Source of the DNA: Clostridium thermobutyricum
Lineage (GTDB): Bacteria > Bacillota > Clostridia > Ch29
Length of the DNA: 64,000 nt
NCBI GenBank assembly: GCA_016841565.1
Contig: JAENYX010000012.1
Coordinates: 619-64,618, forward strand
Reading direction: 5' to 3'
Under the pieces are notes generated by a model, which was given only the letters and a program-made list of their open reading frames with translations, was not told the origin of the DNA and searched no databases. Positions 49,059 to 58,370 of the stretch are shown here, one piece after another. Position numbers and translations under genes: made by a program. How positions within the stretch are numbered: the first letter of the stretch is position 1; the number at the start of each line of letters is the position of its first letter.

Positions 49059-49958
49059 TCAACCTCTCTCATTAAGCTTTGTCCTCAGCACGTCATAAAA
49101 ATTCTTATCCTTGAGCTTAATCATTATTGTATGGGATTCGGCCTTCCGCACAATAACTATATCACCTGCATTCAACCTGTAGCCCTGTTGTCCGTCAATG
49201 GTCAGCATAACATCATTTTTATCTCCCACCAGCTCTACTTTTACCTCTTCCATATCTGATATTACTATAGACCTTGAATTCATTGTGTGAGGGCTTATGG
49301 GGGTTATTACCATCCCGCCCACGTCAGGGCTTAGAATGGGGCCTCCTGCAGAGAGTGAGTAAGCGGTTGAGCCTGTCGGACTTGATATGATAAGTCCGTC
49401 GGCCGAATATGTTTCTATAAAGCTGTGGTTTATATAAGTCTTTAGCTGAATTATTCTTGAAAACGAGCCCTTGGAAATGACTATATCGTTTAATGCCGCA
49501 AAGTTATCGGTAATCATGTTGTTTTTTACTACCACAGCCTCAAGCATCAATCTCTTTTCCAATCGATAGTCGCCTTTCACTACCTTTTCCAGGCCCTCGT
49601 ACATATTGTCCAGCTCCAGTTCTGTCAAAAACCCCAAGTGTCCCAGGTTTATACCAAGTATGGGAGTCTGATGCCAGACCACCTGTCTTGCTACCGAAAG
49701 CAGGGTTCCGTCTCCGCCCAGCACTATAATAAAATCGGAGTTTTTGTATATATCCGACGGTCGCTGCGCCAAATCAGGCCTGTTGACTTCGTTGGCTGTA
49801 ATTTCATTAAGAAGAACCTTTGATGATTTGCTTTCCAGCCATTTTATCAGTTCCTCGGTTACATCAAGACTGCTGGCCTTCTGAAGGTTAGGTATAATAC
49901 CGATTGTATCGAATTTAATGCCTTTTTCCTCCATTTGCTCTATACTCCTTCCATACAA
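49059..49958 (-). CDS. nadK: NAD kinase
   Basis: GGDGT motif, ..DGLIISSPTGSTAYSLSAGGP.. signature. The true start may be the Met at 49934. Confidence 0.9.
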   Translation of the reverse strand: MYGRSIEQMEEKGIKFDTIGIIPNLQKASSLDVTEELIKWLESKSSKVLLNEITANEVNRPDLAQRPSDIYKNSDFIIVLGGDGTLLSVARQVVWHQTPILGINLGHLGFLTELELDNMYEGLEKVVKGDYRLEKRLMLEAVVVKNNMITDNFAALNDIVISKGSFSRIIQLKTYINHSFIETYSADGLIISSPTGSTAYSLSAGGPILSPDVGGMVITPISPHTMNSRSIVISDMEEVKVELVGDKNDVMLTIDGQQGYRLNAGDIVIVRKAESHTIMIKLKDKNFYDVLRTKLNERG

Positions 49959-49995
49959 GAAAACATTCTACATATATTCTTATAATCCTCCATAT

Positions 49996-50814
49996 TCATG
50001 AGTGAATACGGTGAGATTCTTCTATCACCCGGTCAATCAGCAATGTCGAATCCTTCTCCAACCGGCTTTGGCCCTTGCTCCCACCTGCATATATGAGGTA
50101 TTCTATATTTCCGTCGGTCCCTGTAATGGGAGAGTATGTTACACCCCTCACTTTAAAACCTATGGAAGTAACCAATCCATATATTTTATTCACCACTTCC
50201 CTGTGTGTATCCGCGTCACGTACAATGCCCTTTTTGCCAACCTTTTCACGACCTGCTTCAAACTGAGGTTTAATAAGGGCGATTATTTCGCCCTCCGGCT
50301 TTATCAGTGTCTTTGCAACCGGCAGCACCAGCGTCAGAGAGATAAAAGCCACGTCAATCACCGCCATGTCACATGTCTCGCCAATATCCTCTGGTTTGAC
50401 ATACCTTATATTGGTACGTTCCATTACTACAACCCTGGGGTCGTTCCGGAGCTTCCAGTCAAGCTGACCGTATCCCACATCCACTGCATAAATTTTTTTT
50501 GCTCCCCTTTTCAAAAGGCAGTCGGTAAAACCACCGGTCGAAGCTCCAATGTCAATTGCGTTTTTTCCGGATACGTCAATTCGGAACAGCTCAAGGGCTT
50601 TTTCCAGCTTGAGCCCTCCCCTTCCCACGTAGGGAATGGGGTCTTTTTTTACGGATATTTCGCAGTCCTCATCCACCATGGTGCCGGCTTTGTCTACAAC
50701 CCTGCCGCCAACCGAGACCAGACCTGCCATTATTGCACCCTTGGCCCTTTCCCTGCTGGGAAATGCACCGCTATCTGCCAGGAGTATATCCAATCTTTTC
50801 TTTTTTGATGCCAC
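49996..50814 (-). CDS. tlyA: TlyA-family rRNA (cytidine-2'-O)-methyltransferase
   Basis: S4 domain plus FtsJ-like MTase (..DIGASTGGFTD..), 272 aa. Confidence 0.9.
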   Translation of the reverse strand: MASKKKRLDILLADSGAFPSRERAKGAIMAGLVSVGGRVVDKAGTMVDEDCEISVKKDPIPYVGRGGLKLEKALELFRIDVSGKNAIDIGASTGGFTDCLLKRGAKKIYAVDVGYGQLDWKLRNDPRVVVMERTNIRYVKPEDIGETCDMAVIDVAFISLTLVLPVAKTLIKPEGEIIALIKPQFEAGREKVGKKGIVRDADTHREVVNKIYGLVTSIGFKVRGVTYSPITGTDGNIEYLIYAGGSKGQSRLEKDSTLLIDRVIEESHRIHS

Positions 50815-52699
50815 TTATTTTTCCTCCTTGTACAAACTCCAACAAGCTGTAGTATATCCCGGTATCATCCAGCCCATAAATGCGGTAGAGGTTATCGGGA
50901 TGGCCATAGGTAACAAACTCGTCGGGGAACCCTAGAAGCTTTACCTTTATATCAAGTCTGTCAAGTCCCATACTGTGAATATGTTCAAGTAAATAGCTGC
51001 CGTATCCGCCTCGGACTATATTATCCTCCAGTACTGCTATTCTGTTGCAGTTATCCAATATTTCGGTTATGATGCCTTTGTCCAGGGGCTTTATAAACCT
51101 TACATTGACCACACCGGCGTTAATTCCCTTATTTTTTAGCATCCCGGCCGCGCGGCAGGCCTTTGGCAGCATATTGCCAACCGCCATTATATAAAGGTCT
51201 TTTCCCCTGCACACAAAATCCGACTTACCCTCTGTCAGCGGGCTTGCTGTATACCCGTCCACCGGCTGCCCTTCTCCCCTGGGGTATCTTACGGCGACAG
51301 GCCCTTTGCAATCAAGGGCATATTTGAGCATGCTTCTAAGCTCGCTGCAGCAACATGGAGCAAGTACCTGCAAGTTTGGAATCTGGCTCAGAAAAGATAA
51401 GTCAAAAACTCCATGATGGGTAGGCCCGTCCTGTCCCACAATGCCGGCCCTGTCTACCGCAAACACAACCGGCAGGTTTTGCAGGCAGACGTCATGAATA
51501 ATCTGGTCATAGGCCCTCTGCAGAAAAGTTGAATACACGGCAAAAACGGGTTTATTCCCTCCCCTTGCCAGCCCTGCGGCAAAGGTTACGGCGTGCTGCT
51601 CGGCTATCGCCACATCAAAGAATCTGTCGGGAAACACCCGAGCAAACTCCGAAAGACCTGTACCGTCGGCCATGGCTGCAGTTATGGCCACTATTCTGTC
51701 ATCTTCTCTGGCCAATTCGAGCATTGCCTCACCGAAAGCACAGGAAAAGCTTTTCCCTTTTCCGTTTTTAACTATCTCACCGGTCTCCACTTGAAAACAG
51801 CCCACGCCGTGAAACCTGTCGGGGTTGTCCAGGGCAGGCCGATACCCTTTGCCCTTCTTTGTTACAACATGTATCAGCACCGGCCCTTTAAGTTTCTTGG
51901 CTCTTTTCAGCACATCCTTCAATACAACCAAATCATGTCCGTCTATAGGCCCCAGGTATGTAAAGCCCAGTTCCTCAAATAACATGCTGGGAACCAGAAA
52001 ATATTTGATGGTATCCTTAGCCTTTCCTGCAAGCCTTGCCATACTGCCGCCAACCGCAGGTATGCGTTTTAAAAGACCCTCTATATCTTCTTTTACCCTG
52101 AAGTACTTGGGATTGGTCCTCATCCTGCTTAGGTATTTTGAAAGACTCCCAACGTTCTGAGCAATGGACATTTCATTCTCATTAAGCACCACCGTCATGT
52201 CTTTCTGTAAATGTCCGGCATGGTTTAAAGCTTCAAAGGCCATCCCGCCTGTCAGGGCTCCGTCTCCTATCACAGCCACCACCGAAGACTTGCCCCTTTC
52301 CAGATCCCTTGCCGAAGCAAGTCCAAGGGCGGCGGATATGGAGGTACTGCTGTGCCCCGTTCCGAATATATCGTGGGGACTTTCATCTATTCTTGGAAAT
52401 CCTGATATCCCTCCAAATTGTCTCAGTGTATCAAACTCCTTATATCTTCCTGTCAACAGCTTATGTACATAAGACTGGTGTCCCACATCCCAGACTATCT
52501 TGTCCTGTGGACTTGAATACACGCTGTGCAGTGCAATGGTCAGCTCCACAACGCCAAGATTTGACGCCAGATGTCCTCCGGTTTTTGATACCGTATTTAC
52601 TATCACGTGTCGTATCTCTCTCGCAAGAACCTTCTGCTGTAAATCGCTTAACTGCTTTATATCCTCAGGTCCCTGCAAATCCTTCATTATTTCATACAC
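50771..52699 (-). CDS. dxs: 1-deoxy-D-xylulose-5-phosphate synthase
   Basis: 642 aa with the TPP-binding ..GDGALTGG.. motif and a transketolase-like C-terminus. Its 3' end overlaps the tlyA start. Confidence 0.95.
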   Translation of the reverse strand: MYEIMKDLQGPEDIKQLSDLQQKVLAREIRHVIVNTVSKTGGHLASNLGVVELTIALHSVYSSPQDKIVWDVGHQSYVHKLLTGRYKEFDTLRQFGGISGFPRIDESPHDIFGTGHSSTSISAALGLASARDLERGKSSVVAVIGDGALTGGMAFEALNHAGHLQKDMTVVLNENEMSIAQNVGSLSKYLSRMRTNPKYFRVKEDIEGLLKRIPAVGGSMARLAGKAKDTIKYFLVPSMLFEELGFTYLGPIDGHDLVVLKDVLKRAKKLKGPVLIHVVTKKGKGYRPALDNPDRFHGVGCFQVETGEIVKNGKGKSFSCAFGEAMLELAREDDRIVAITAAMADGTGLSEFARVFPDRFFDVAIAEQHAVTFAAGLARGGNKPVFAVYSTFLQRAYDQIIHDVCLQNLPVVFAVDRAGIVGQDGPTHHGVFDLSFLSQIPNLQVLAPCCCSELRSMLKYALDCKGPVAVRYPRGEGQPVDGYTASPLTEGKSDFVCRGKDLYIMAVGNMLPKACRAAGMLKNKGINAGVVNVRFIKPLDKGIITEILDNCNRIAVLEDNIVRGGYGSYLLEHIHSMGLDRLDIKVKLLGFPDEFVTYGHPDNLYRIYGLDDTGIYYSLLEFVQGGKISGIKKEKIGYTPGR

Positions 52700-52706
52700 C
52701 TTAAGT

Positions 52707-53330
52707 TCACCGCTTTCTGCCAGTTTTTTTGTCGCTGCCCACTACCTTGATATTGGTTCTCTTATGAAAAAGGTTAAGAAACCTTCCCGTCCTGTAGGTT
52801 ATCTGGCTGGCTTTGTTAATTGCTACATTCTTCCCTATGGCTTTTCCTCCAACCGTAAGCGCCGCTATAATACCGCTGAAGAGTATACCAATGGTAGCAC
52901 CTTTCAGACCGGGATATATGGAAATAAGCCTTGCAACTATGACAGCTCCTGCCGCGCCGCTGACAATTCCACATATATCTCCTATTACATCGTTACAAAA
53001 ATTGGACACAGCTCCAGCGTTCTTGTGCAGTTCCACCGCTTCCCTTGCTCCGGGTATCCTCTGGGCGGCCATCCCGTTGAGCGGCTTGTCGTCGGAGGCT
53101 GCTACAGCTATGCCTATTATATCAAATAATATGCCGATTATTATAATTAACACCAAAATGACCAGCGCAATCCCCAACTGAAGGTTTCTCACCACCATTT
53201 CGGATAGAAAGCTGAAGGTCAGTGCCAGCAAAAATGTCCACAGAGTAATAAAAACAACCCACCTGCTTGTCTTCCTTTTTCCATTATGTTCCTTTGATCT
53301 CAATCTGCAATCCCTCGCTTTTAATTTCAA
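52707..53330 (-). CDS. Small polytopic membrane protein in the OapA (OLE-associated protein A) position; DUF21/CNNM-TM-like
   Basis: 207 aa with 4 predicted TM helices, lying between the structured RNA and dxs. This is the position OapA occupies in published ispA-OLE-oapA-dxs loci. Confidence 0.5.
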   Translation of the reverse strand: MKLKARDCRLRSKEHNGKRKTSRWVVFITLWTFLLALTFSFLSEMVVRNLQLGIALVILVLIIIIGILFDIIGIAVAASDDKPLNGMAAQRIPGAREAVELHKNAGAVSNFCNDVIGDICGIVSGAAGAVIVARLISIYPGLKGATIGILFSGIIAALTVGGKAIGKNVAINKASQITYRTGRFLNLFHKRTNIKVVGSDKKTGRKR

Positions 53331-53390
53331 TTATGTAATTAGTATAGTTACATATACTTAAATTATAGCATTATTCCAAATAGGAAAAAA

Positions 53391-53430
53391 TAATTAAAAA
53401 GCTGATAGCGTATACTATCAGCAAGTAGTT
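53391..53430 (-). terminator. Intrinsic terminator at the 3' end of the structured RNA
   Basis: Minus strand GCTGATAG-tatacg-CTATCAGC followed by TTTTTAATTATTTTTT. Confidence 0.6.
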
Positions 53431-54010
53431 TCAGGTGGCGGCATAGTGAGTAAATTTTGCGGCTTAGGTCCAGCAGGCTTTCCCAGATGAATACCAACCT
53501 GTCGCCAGGTCAGCGGTTTCCCTTTAAATTCATCTCTATCGTGTTGCCAACGATAGGGCTGGATTACCACTTAGTCCGCACTTTAATCCCCAATATGCCT
53601 CATGCGAACAGTCTAGGAGTTTTCCTCGACATATGTCTCGCTCTATAGCCTCTTTTGCAAAATGGGTTTCGAAAGCATTGGCGTCCTCCGAAGGGCCCTT
53701 CGAATTATGCCTGACAATCATCTACCCATTTCACTCAAGGCAGGCTACGCTGCAGGTTCTATCTGCAGGTTATTACCCGGTCTTTTATACCGGGTCTCCG
53801 CAGAGGGAGGGTCAACGCCTGCATGCCATTGCAGATCGCCCCCGCCTCCTTACTCCCTGAACCAACCCCCAACTGGGCGTCAGAAGCCGATCCAAAGAAC
53901 TTCATCGATGTGCCTTTTGACGGATTTTTAGCCCCGCCTTCAAGAGCGAAACGTCTGACTAGAATACTGCACCACCAACTATGTGCATATTATAACATGA
54001 GTACATGCAG
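53396..54010 (-). ncRNA. ole: Candidate OLE (ornate, large, extremophilic) RNA
   Basis: About 600 nt with no convincing ORF and GC-enriched relative to the flanks. Many short helices with GNRA-type loops. Ends in a strong terminator. Sits precisely between the ispA-side gene and an OapA-like membrane gene upstream of dxs, which is the known OLE context. Confidence 0.55.
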
Positions 54011-54023
54011 CCTACAAATCCTT

Positions 54024-54467
54024 TTAAAGCATAATATTAGCTGTTATAATACCTAAAAGAGCTCCTGCAATAACCTCAACAGGTGTATGACCAATTAGCT
54101 CCTTCAATCTCTCTTCCTTGAGCCCTTTGTGTTCAATTACGTCCATAATGATTATATTAAGTATTTCGGCCTGCTTTCCCGCCGACCTTCTGACACCGGC
54201 AGCGTCGTACATTACCACAAAGGCATAGGAAATGGCGATGGCAAATAGTGGTGTATCCCAGCCCTGCAGCATGCCGATGCCTGTTGATAAAGCCATAACA
54301 AAAGCCGAATGGGAACTGGGCATGCCTCCCGAACCAACAAAACGTCTGAAATCAAATTTTTTGTTTATTAATAAGTCAGTGAGCACCTTGGCTACCTGAG
54401 CTATGGACCAGGATACCAGCGCTATAACCAATACCCTGTTGTCCAACACCTGTGAAAATGAATTCAA
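54024..54467 (-). CDS. Divergent PAP2 family protein (DUF212/YuiD-like)
   Basis: 147 aa, 4 TM helices, ..SGGMPSSHSA.. acid-phosphatase-like motif. Confidence 0.7.
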   Translation of the reverse strand: MNSFSQVLDNRVLVIALVSWSIAQVAKVLTDLLINKKFDFRRFVGSGGMPSSHSAFVMALSTGIGMLQGWDTPLFAIAISYAFVVMYDAAGVRRSAGKQAEILNIIIMDVIEHKGLKEERLKELIGHTPVEVIAGALLGIITANIML

Positions 54468-54484
54468 ATGTCCTCCTCCTTATG

Positions 54485-55363
54485 TTAGTATTTTCTGTCC
54501 ACAAGGTAATCGGTAAGCTGTTTCAGGAATTGTGCTCTGTCGCCGAATCCTTCGAGACAGGTCTTTGCCTCATCGGTTAGTGTTTTGACCATATCCTCCG
54601 ATGCCGGAACACCCAGCAGAGATACATAGGTGGATTTGTTCCTGGAAGCATCGCTTCCGGTGCTTTTACCCATTAATTTCCGGTCGCCCGTTACATTCAA
54701 AATGTCATCCTGTATTTGAAAAGCAAGCCCAAGCTTCTTCCCAAACTCCTGCAGCTTCAAGTATTCTTCCTGACTGCACCCTGCCGCCTGGGCGCCTGCG
54801 GTAATGGATGCACAAATCAAGGCTCCTGTTTTTCTGCAGTGCAAATCATTTAAAACCTCCATGGATACCTGCCTGCCTTCGCTTTCAAGGTCAAGCACCT
54901 GACCTCCCACCATGCCCTCCACCCCCGAAGCCCGGGCAATCTCCCGTATGGCTTTCAGTCTGCCTCCCTCAAGGGGTGTTATGCTTAACATTAGTTCAAA
55001 GGCATAGTTCAATAGGCCGTCGCCTGCAAGAATGGCAATTCCCTCTCCAAAGGCTTTGTGACTGGTGGGTTTGCCTCTTCTGTAATCGTCATCATCCATG
55101 GCCGGAAGGTCATCGTGTATCAGAGAATATGTATGTATCATTTCTACCGCACAGGCCAACGGCATGACCTGCACAGGGTCTGCTGTGCAAATTTCGCATC
55201 CCGACATAACCAGTATTGGTCTCAGCCTTTTCCCGCCGGCAAAAAGACTGTATTCCATAGCCTGGTATATTATATCGGGTACGCCATCCTTTCTTTTCAT
55301 ATATTGCTGCAGAAATCTGTCCACAAATTGTTTTTTTTCAATGAGTGTTTTTTCAAAGCCCAA
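54485..55363 (-). CDS. ispA: Farnesyl diphosphate synthase (polyprenyl synthetase)
   Basis: First DDxxD-type motif (..LIHDDLPAMDDDDYRRG..), second motif ..FQIQDDILN.., GGKRLRP. Start proposed at TTG 55361-55363, 5 nt after the xseB stop, which aligns the N-terminus with other IspA sequences. The ORF-track ATG would overlap xseB by 50 nt. Confidence 0.85.
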   Translation of the reverse strand: MGFEKTLIEKKQFVDRFLQQYMKRKDGVPDIIYQAMEYSLFAGGKRLRPILVMSGCEICTADPVQVMPLACAVEMIHTYSLIHDDLPAMDDDDYRRGKPTSHKAFGEGIAILAGDGLLNYAFELMLSITPLEGGRLKAIREIARASGVEGMVGGQVLDLESEGRQVSMEVLNDLHCRKTGALICASITAGAQAAGCSQEEYLKLQEFGKKLGLAFQIQDDILNVTGDRKLMGKSTGSDASRNKSTYVSLLGVPASEDMVKTLTDEAKTCLEGFGDRAQFLKQLTDYLVDRKY

Positions 55364-55367
55364 AGTC

Positions 55368-55601
55368 TTAGTCCCCTTCCAATTCAAGGTCGAATTTCTC
55401 CACCTTGCCTCCATCATCCTGCATTATTACCTTTACTTTGCCTTCTGCCTGATCCAGCTTTGCTGTACAGTGGCGGTACATTCTTACCCCTTCTTCAAAA
55501 ACCTCCAAACATTTGTCCAGATCCAGTTCACCATCTTCCAGCTGCTTTATAATTTCCTCCATCCTGTCCATGGCTTCTTCAAAGCTTGGTTCCCGTCCCA
55601 T
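55368..55601 (-). CDS. xseB: Exodeoxyribonuclease VII small subunit
   Basis: 77 aa helical hairpin protein, ..FEEAMDRMEEIIKQLE... Confidence 0.9.
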   Translation of the reverse strand: MGREPSFEEAMDRMEEIIKQLEDGELDLDKCLEVFEEGVRMYRHCTAKLDQAEGKVKVIMQDDGGKVEKFDLELEGD

Positions 55602-55608
55602 AAAAACG

Positions 55609-56817
55609 CTACCCCCTTTTGAGCTTCAGTACCCTGGTACTTATTATCCCGTCCTTAAGCATTAAGTCAAGATTGGAATTCTCTTTAACCTGTGTCACCG
55701 ATTTGACGGTGTGCCCGGTTTCCCGGTTCCGAACCACCGCATACCCTCTCTCAACAACCGAAAGCGGGCTGAGACTGTCCATTCTTGCCGCCATCTGTTC
55801 AAGAGTCAATCTCCTGTTACGGCAGAATACGCCCAGAGCCCTTACCAGCCTTGCATACTCTTCGTCAGTCTGCTGTTTGAACTGTACTATTCTGTCCCGG
55901 GGCTGCCTGAAGCCGTAGCTTTCTTTCATACGTTTGAGCTCCAATCTCCTCATCTGTATATATTTTTCCATGGCATTACCCATCCTGCCGTAAGCTTCCG
56001 AAAGCGACCTGCCCAGTTGCTGCAGCTCGGGAACCACCAGTTCGCCGGCTGCGGTGGGTGTAGGAGCACGCAGGTCGGCTGCAAAGTCTGCTATTGTAAA
56101 ATCCGTCTGATGCCCTACGGCAGATACAATGGGGATTTCAGATTCATGGATTGCATTGGCAACCCTCTCGTCATTAAAGGCCCAAAGCTCCTCAATGGAG
56201 CCTCCTCCCCTTCCTATTATGATTACATCCACCGGCTCCATCCGGTTGAAGTATTGTATTCCGCGGCATATCTGGTCGGGAGCCTTTTCCCCCTGCACCA
56301 GTGAGTTGTAAACCAAAATTTCCGTTTTGCCAGACCTCCGGCCGATGGTAGTGATTATGTCCCTGACCGCTGCTCCTTCGGCTGAAGTAACAACTCCAAT
56401 TTTCAATGGCATAAAGGGCAGCCGCTTCTTATTGTCGGGGTCAAAATAGCCTTTTTGTTCCAGCGACTTCTTAAGCTGTTCAAAAGCTTCATATAGTTCT
56501 CCAAGCCCGTCCTGGGACATATCCTTTACATACAATTGGTACTGGCCGTCCCTCTCATAAACCGATATGCTGCCCTTTGCCGCCACATTCATACCTTCGG
56601 TTGGTTCAAAGGCCAGCTTTTTGGCGGCCTCCCTGAACATAATGCATCGTAAACGGCTGGAATTATCCTTCAGGGAAAAGTAAAGATGTCCGGAAGTGTG
56701 CAGCTTATAGTTGGATATTTCTCCTTTAACCGTAATGCTGGACAGAATAGGATCGATACCTAAGTATTTTTTGATGTATCCGTTAACCTCACTTACCGAG
56801 AGTGCCCTTATTTCCAT
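55609..56817 (-). CDS. xseA: Exodeoxyribonuclease VII large subunit
   Basis: OB-fold N-terminus (MEIRALSVSEVNGYIKKYL..) and catalytic core. Start taken at the internal Met typical of XseA. Confidence 0.9.
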   Translation of the reverse strand: MEIRALSVSEVNGYIKKYLGIDPILSSITVKGEISNYKLHTSGHLYFSLKDNSSRLRCIMFREAAKKLAFEPTEGMNVAAKGSISVYERDGQYQLYVKDMSQDGLGELYEAFEQLKKSLEQKGYFDPDNKKRLPFMPLKIGVVTSAEGAAVRDIITTIGRRSGKTEILVYNSLVQGEKAPDQICRGIQYFNRMEPVDVIIIGRGGGSIEELWAFNDERVANAIHESEIPIVSAVGHQTDFTIADFAADLRAPTPTAAGELVVPELQQLGRSLSEAYGRMGNAMEKYIQMRRLELKRMKESYGFRQPRDRIVQFKQQTDEEYARLVRALGVFCRNRRLTLEQMAARMDSLSPLSVVERGYAVVRNRETGHTVKSVTQVKENSNLDLMLKDGIISTRVLKLKRG

Positions 56818-56833
56818 TTTTATTCCACCTTTT

Positions 56834-57790
56834 TTATTGTCCCGAATGTGCCTGCCTGTATTTTTCAAGTGCAATCAGCGCTGCACCCACCGCATTGTCG
56901 CTGCAGTATCCGGGCTCCGGAAAATACAACTTACAGCTTAAGCCGGCTTCAAGATGCTCTCTTATATATTTATTTGACGATACCCCGCCCACCATAAGCA
57001 CATGCCCTATATGCAGTCTGGCGCAGGCATCCGATACTATGCTCTCAAGACCCAGGGCAATACACTTAAACACCGCCCGGGCAATCTGCGCTTTATCCTC
57101 CCCCGCCTCCACCATCCGCTTTGTACGGGTCTCAGGACCCGAAAAGCTAAGGGTTGACCCCTCGGCAAAACAGGGAATTTTCATGGCTTTGCTGTTATCA
57201 GATTGGCCTGCCAGCCTTTCCATCTGCAGCCCGCTGGGAAAGGGCAGCCCCATAGCCACACCCACCCTGTCCACAAACTGCCCGGCGCTTATATCACCGG
57301 TGCCGCCGACTATCTTTATATCAAAGTCGGTTCCCCTTCTGACGGTCTCCAGCAGCTCGGTTGTCCCTCCCGACAGATGCACCGTTAGAAATCTGTCGCT
57401 TTTGGGTCCCCCTGCAGACCACAACCCTGCCATCAGGTGATTTTCCTGGTGGGTCGTCTCAAAGAATGGTACCCCTGCCACCCCTGCGGCCAACCTTGCC
57501 GCATTCTCCCCCACCGTAAACACCGGCATATAGGACTGGGGCAGCGGCCTGGGTTTAACCGATGCTGCCGCAGCCATAATATTGAGATGACCTGATAATT
57601 TGTATAGTTTGTCTGAAATGGCCGATATGTTTCTTATGTGCTGAAATACCCCTTCCGACTGTCTCAGACCTCTGCTTCCCTTGTTTACCTCCAGAACGGT
57701 TCTGTGGTCAAGCACCAGACACCCCTCGCCATTCACTGCCGCAAAGGAAGTGGTATAACAGCTGGTATCAAACCCGATATATGTATCCAT
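56834..57790 (-). CDS. Kae1/TsaD (YgjD) family protein, short paralog
   Basis: ASKHA fold. N-terminal ..GFDTSCYTTS.., metal-binding H-x-x-x-H (..THQENH..), and C-terminal ..GGVSSNKYIR.. and ..YCSDNAVGAALIA... 318 aa. Confidence 0.6.
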   Translation of the reverse strand: MDTYIGFDTSCYTTSFAAVNGEGCLVLDHRTVLEVNKGSRGLRQSEGVFQHIRNISAISDKLYKLSGHLNIMAAAASVKPRPLPQSYMPVFTVGENAARLAAGVAGVPFFETTHQENHLMAGLWSAGGPKSDRFLTVHLSGGTTELLETVRRGTDFDIKIVGGTGDISAGQFVDRVGVAMGLPFPSGLQMERLAGQSDNSKAMKIPCFAEGSTLSFSGPETRTKRMVEAGEDKAQIARAVFKCIALGLESIVSDACARLHIGHVLMVGGVSSNKYIREHLEAGLSCKLYFPEPGYCSDNAVGAALIALEKYRQAHSGQ

Positions 57791-57798
57791 ATTCTCAC

Positions 57799-58206
57799 CT
57801 ACTGCAGATTATGCTCCCTGACAATATTCCCCAGTACACCGTTAACAAAGACACCGGATTCAGCATCACTGTACTTCTTGGCTAAATCCACCGCTTCATT
57901 AATGGATACCTTTACCGGGATATCATCCCTGTACAATATTTCGTACAGGGCATTTCTAAGAACCGCAAGGTCCACTCCCGGAATCCTGTCCAGGGTCCAG
58001 TTCTTCAGTTTGTCGCCAATCAGCCGGTCAATCCGGTCCAGGTTGGTCACCGTCCCGTCTATATTCTCCCTGAGAAACCTTATATCCTCTTCCTGCATGG
58101 GATTGTCTTCAATAAAATCCTGTATAAGAACCGTATGCTCCTCCTGTCGTATTTCCATCTGGAAAAGGAATTGAACCACCAGCTCTCTGGCCTTTTTTCT
58201 GCTCAT
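57799..58206 (-). CDS. nusB: Transcription antitermination factor NusB
   Basis: 135 aa, MSRKKARELVVQFLFQ.. NusB N-terminus. Confidence 0.9.
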   Translation of the reverse strand: MSRKKARELVVQFLFQMEIRQEEHTVLIQDFIEDNPMQEEDIRFLRENIDGTVTNLDRIDRLIGDKLKNWTLDRIPGVDLAVLRNALYEILYRDDIPVKVSINEAVDLAKKYSDAESGVFVNGVLGNIVREHNLQ

Positions 58207-58330
58207 CCAACAAACCTCCTGTATGTATCCTGGGTATATGCAACAATAATATTATAACCAGTTAACCCGCCAAACTTCCGGCTATCGGGCAGCCGTCATA
58301 CCCAAACAGTTTGTCCAACTATATTGTATT

Positions 58331-58358
58331 AAAGAACAAACCTCCCGGAAAGGAGGTT
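58331..58358 (-). terminator. Terminator after asp23-like gene
   Basis: AACCTCC-tttccg-GGAGGTT followed by TGTTCTTT on the minus strand. Confidence 0.5.
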
Positions 58359-58370
58359 AGTAGTACCATG

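Noticed and set aside
50002-50808. 268-aa plus-strand ORF
   Set aside because: Antisense to tlyA, which has clear S4 and FtsJ motifs. No RBS or domain signal.
53396-54010. Whether the ORF-free structured region is RNase P RNA, tmRNA or SRP RNA instead of OLE
   Set aside because: No tRNA-like T-loop/acceptor end and no plausible tag-peptide reading frame, so not tmRNA. RNase P CR-I to CR-V blocks (GGAAAGUCCGG, AGGGUGAAA..GGUG, ACAGAA.CCGGCUUA) are absent. One 10-mer (TAGATGATTG) matches B. subtilis RNase P, but in the wrong order relative to other weak similarities. It is too long for 4.5S or 6S RNA. Genomic context fits OLE best.
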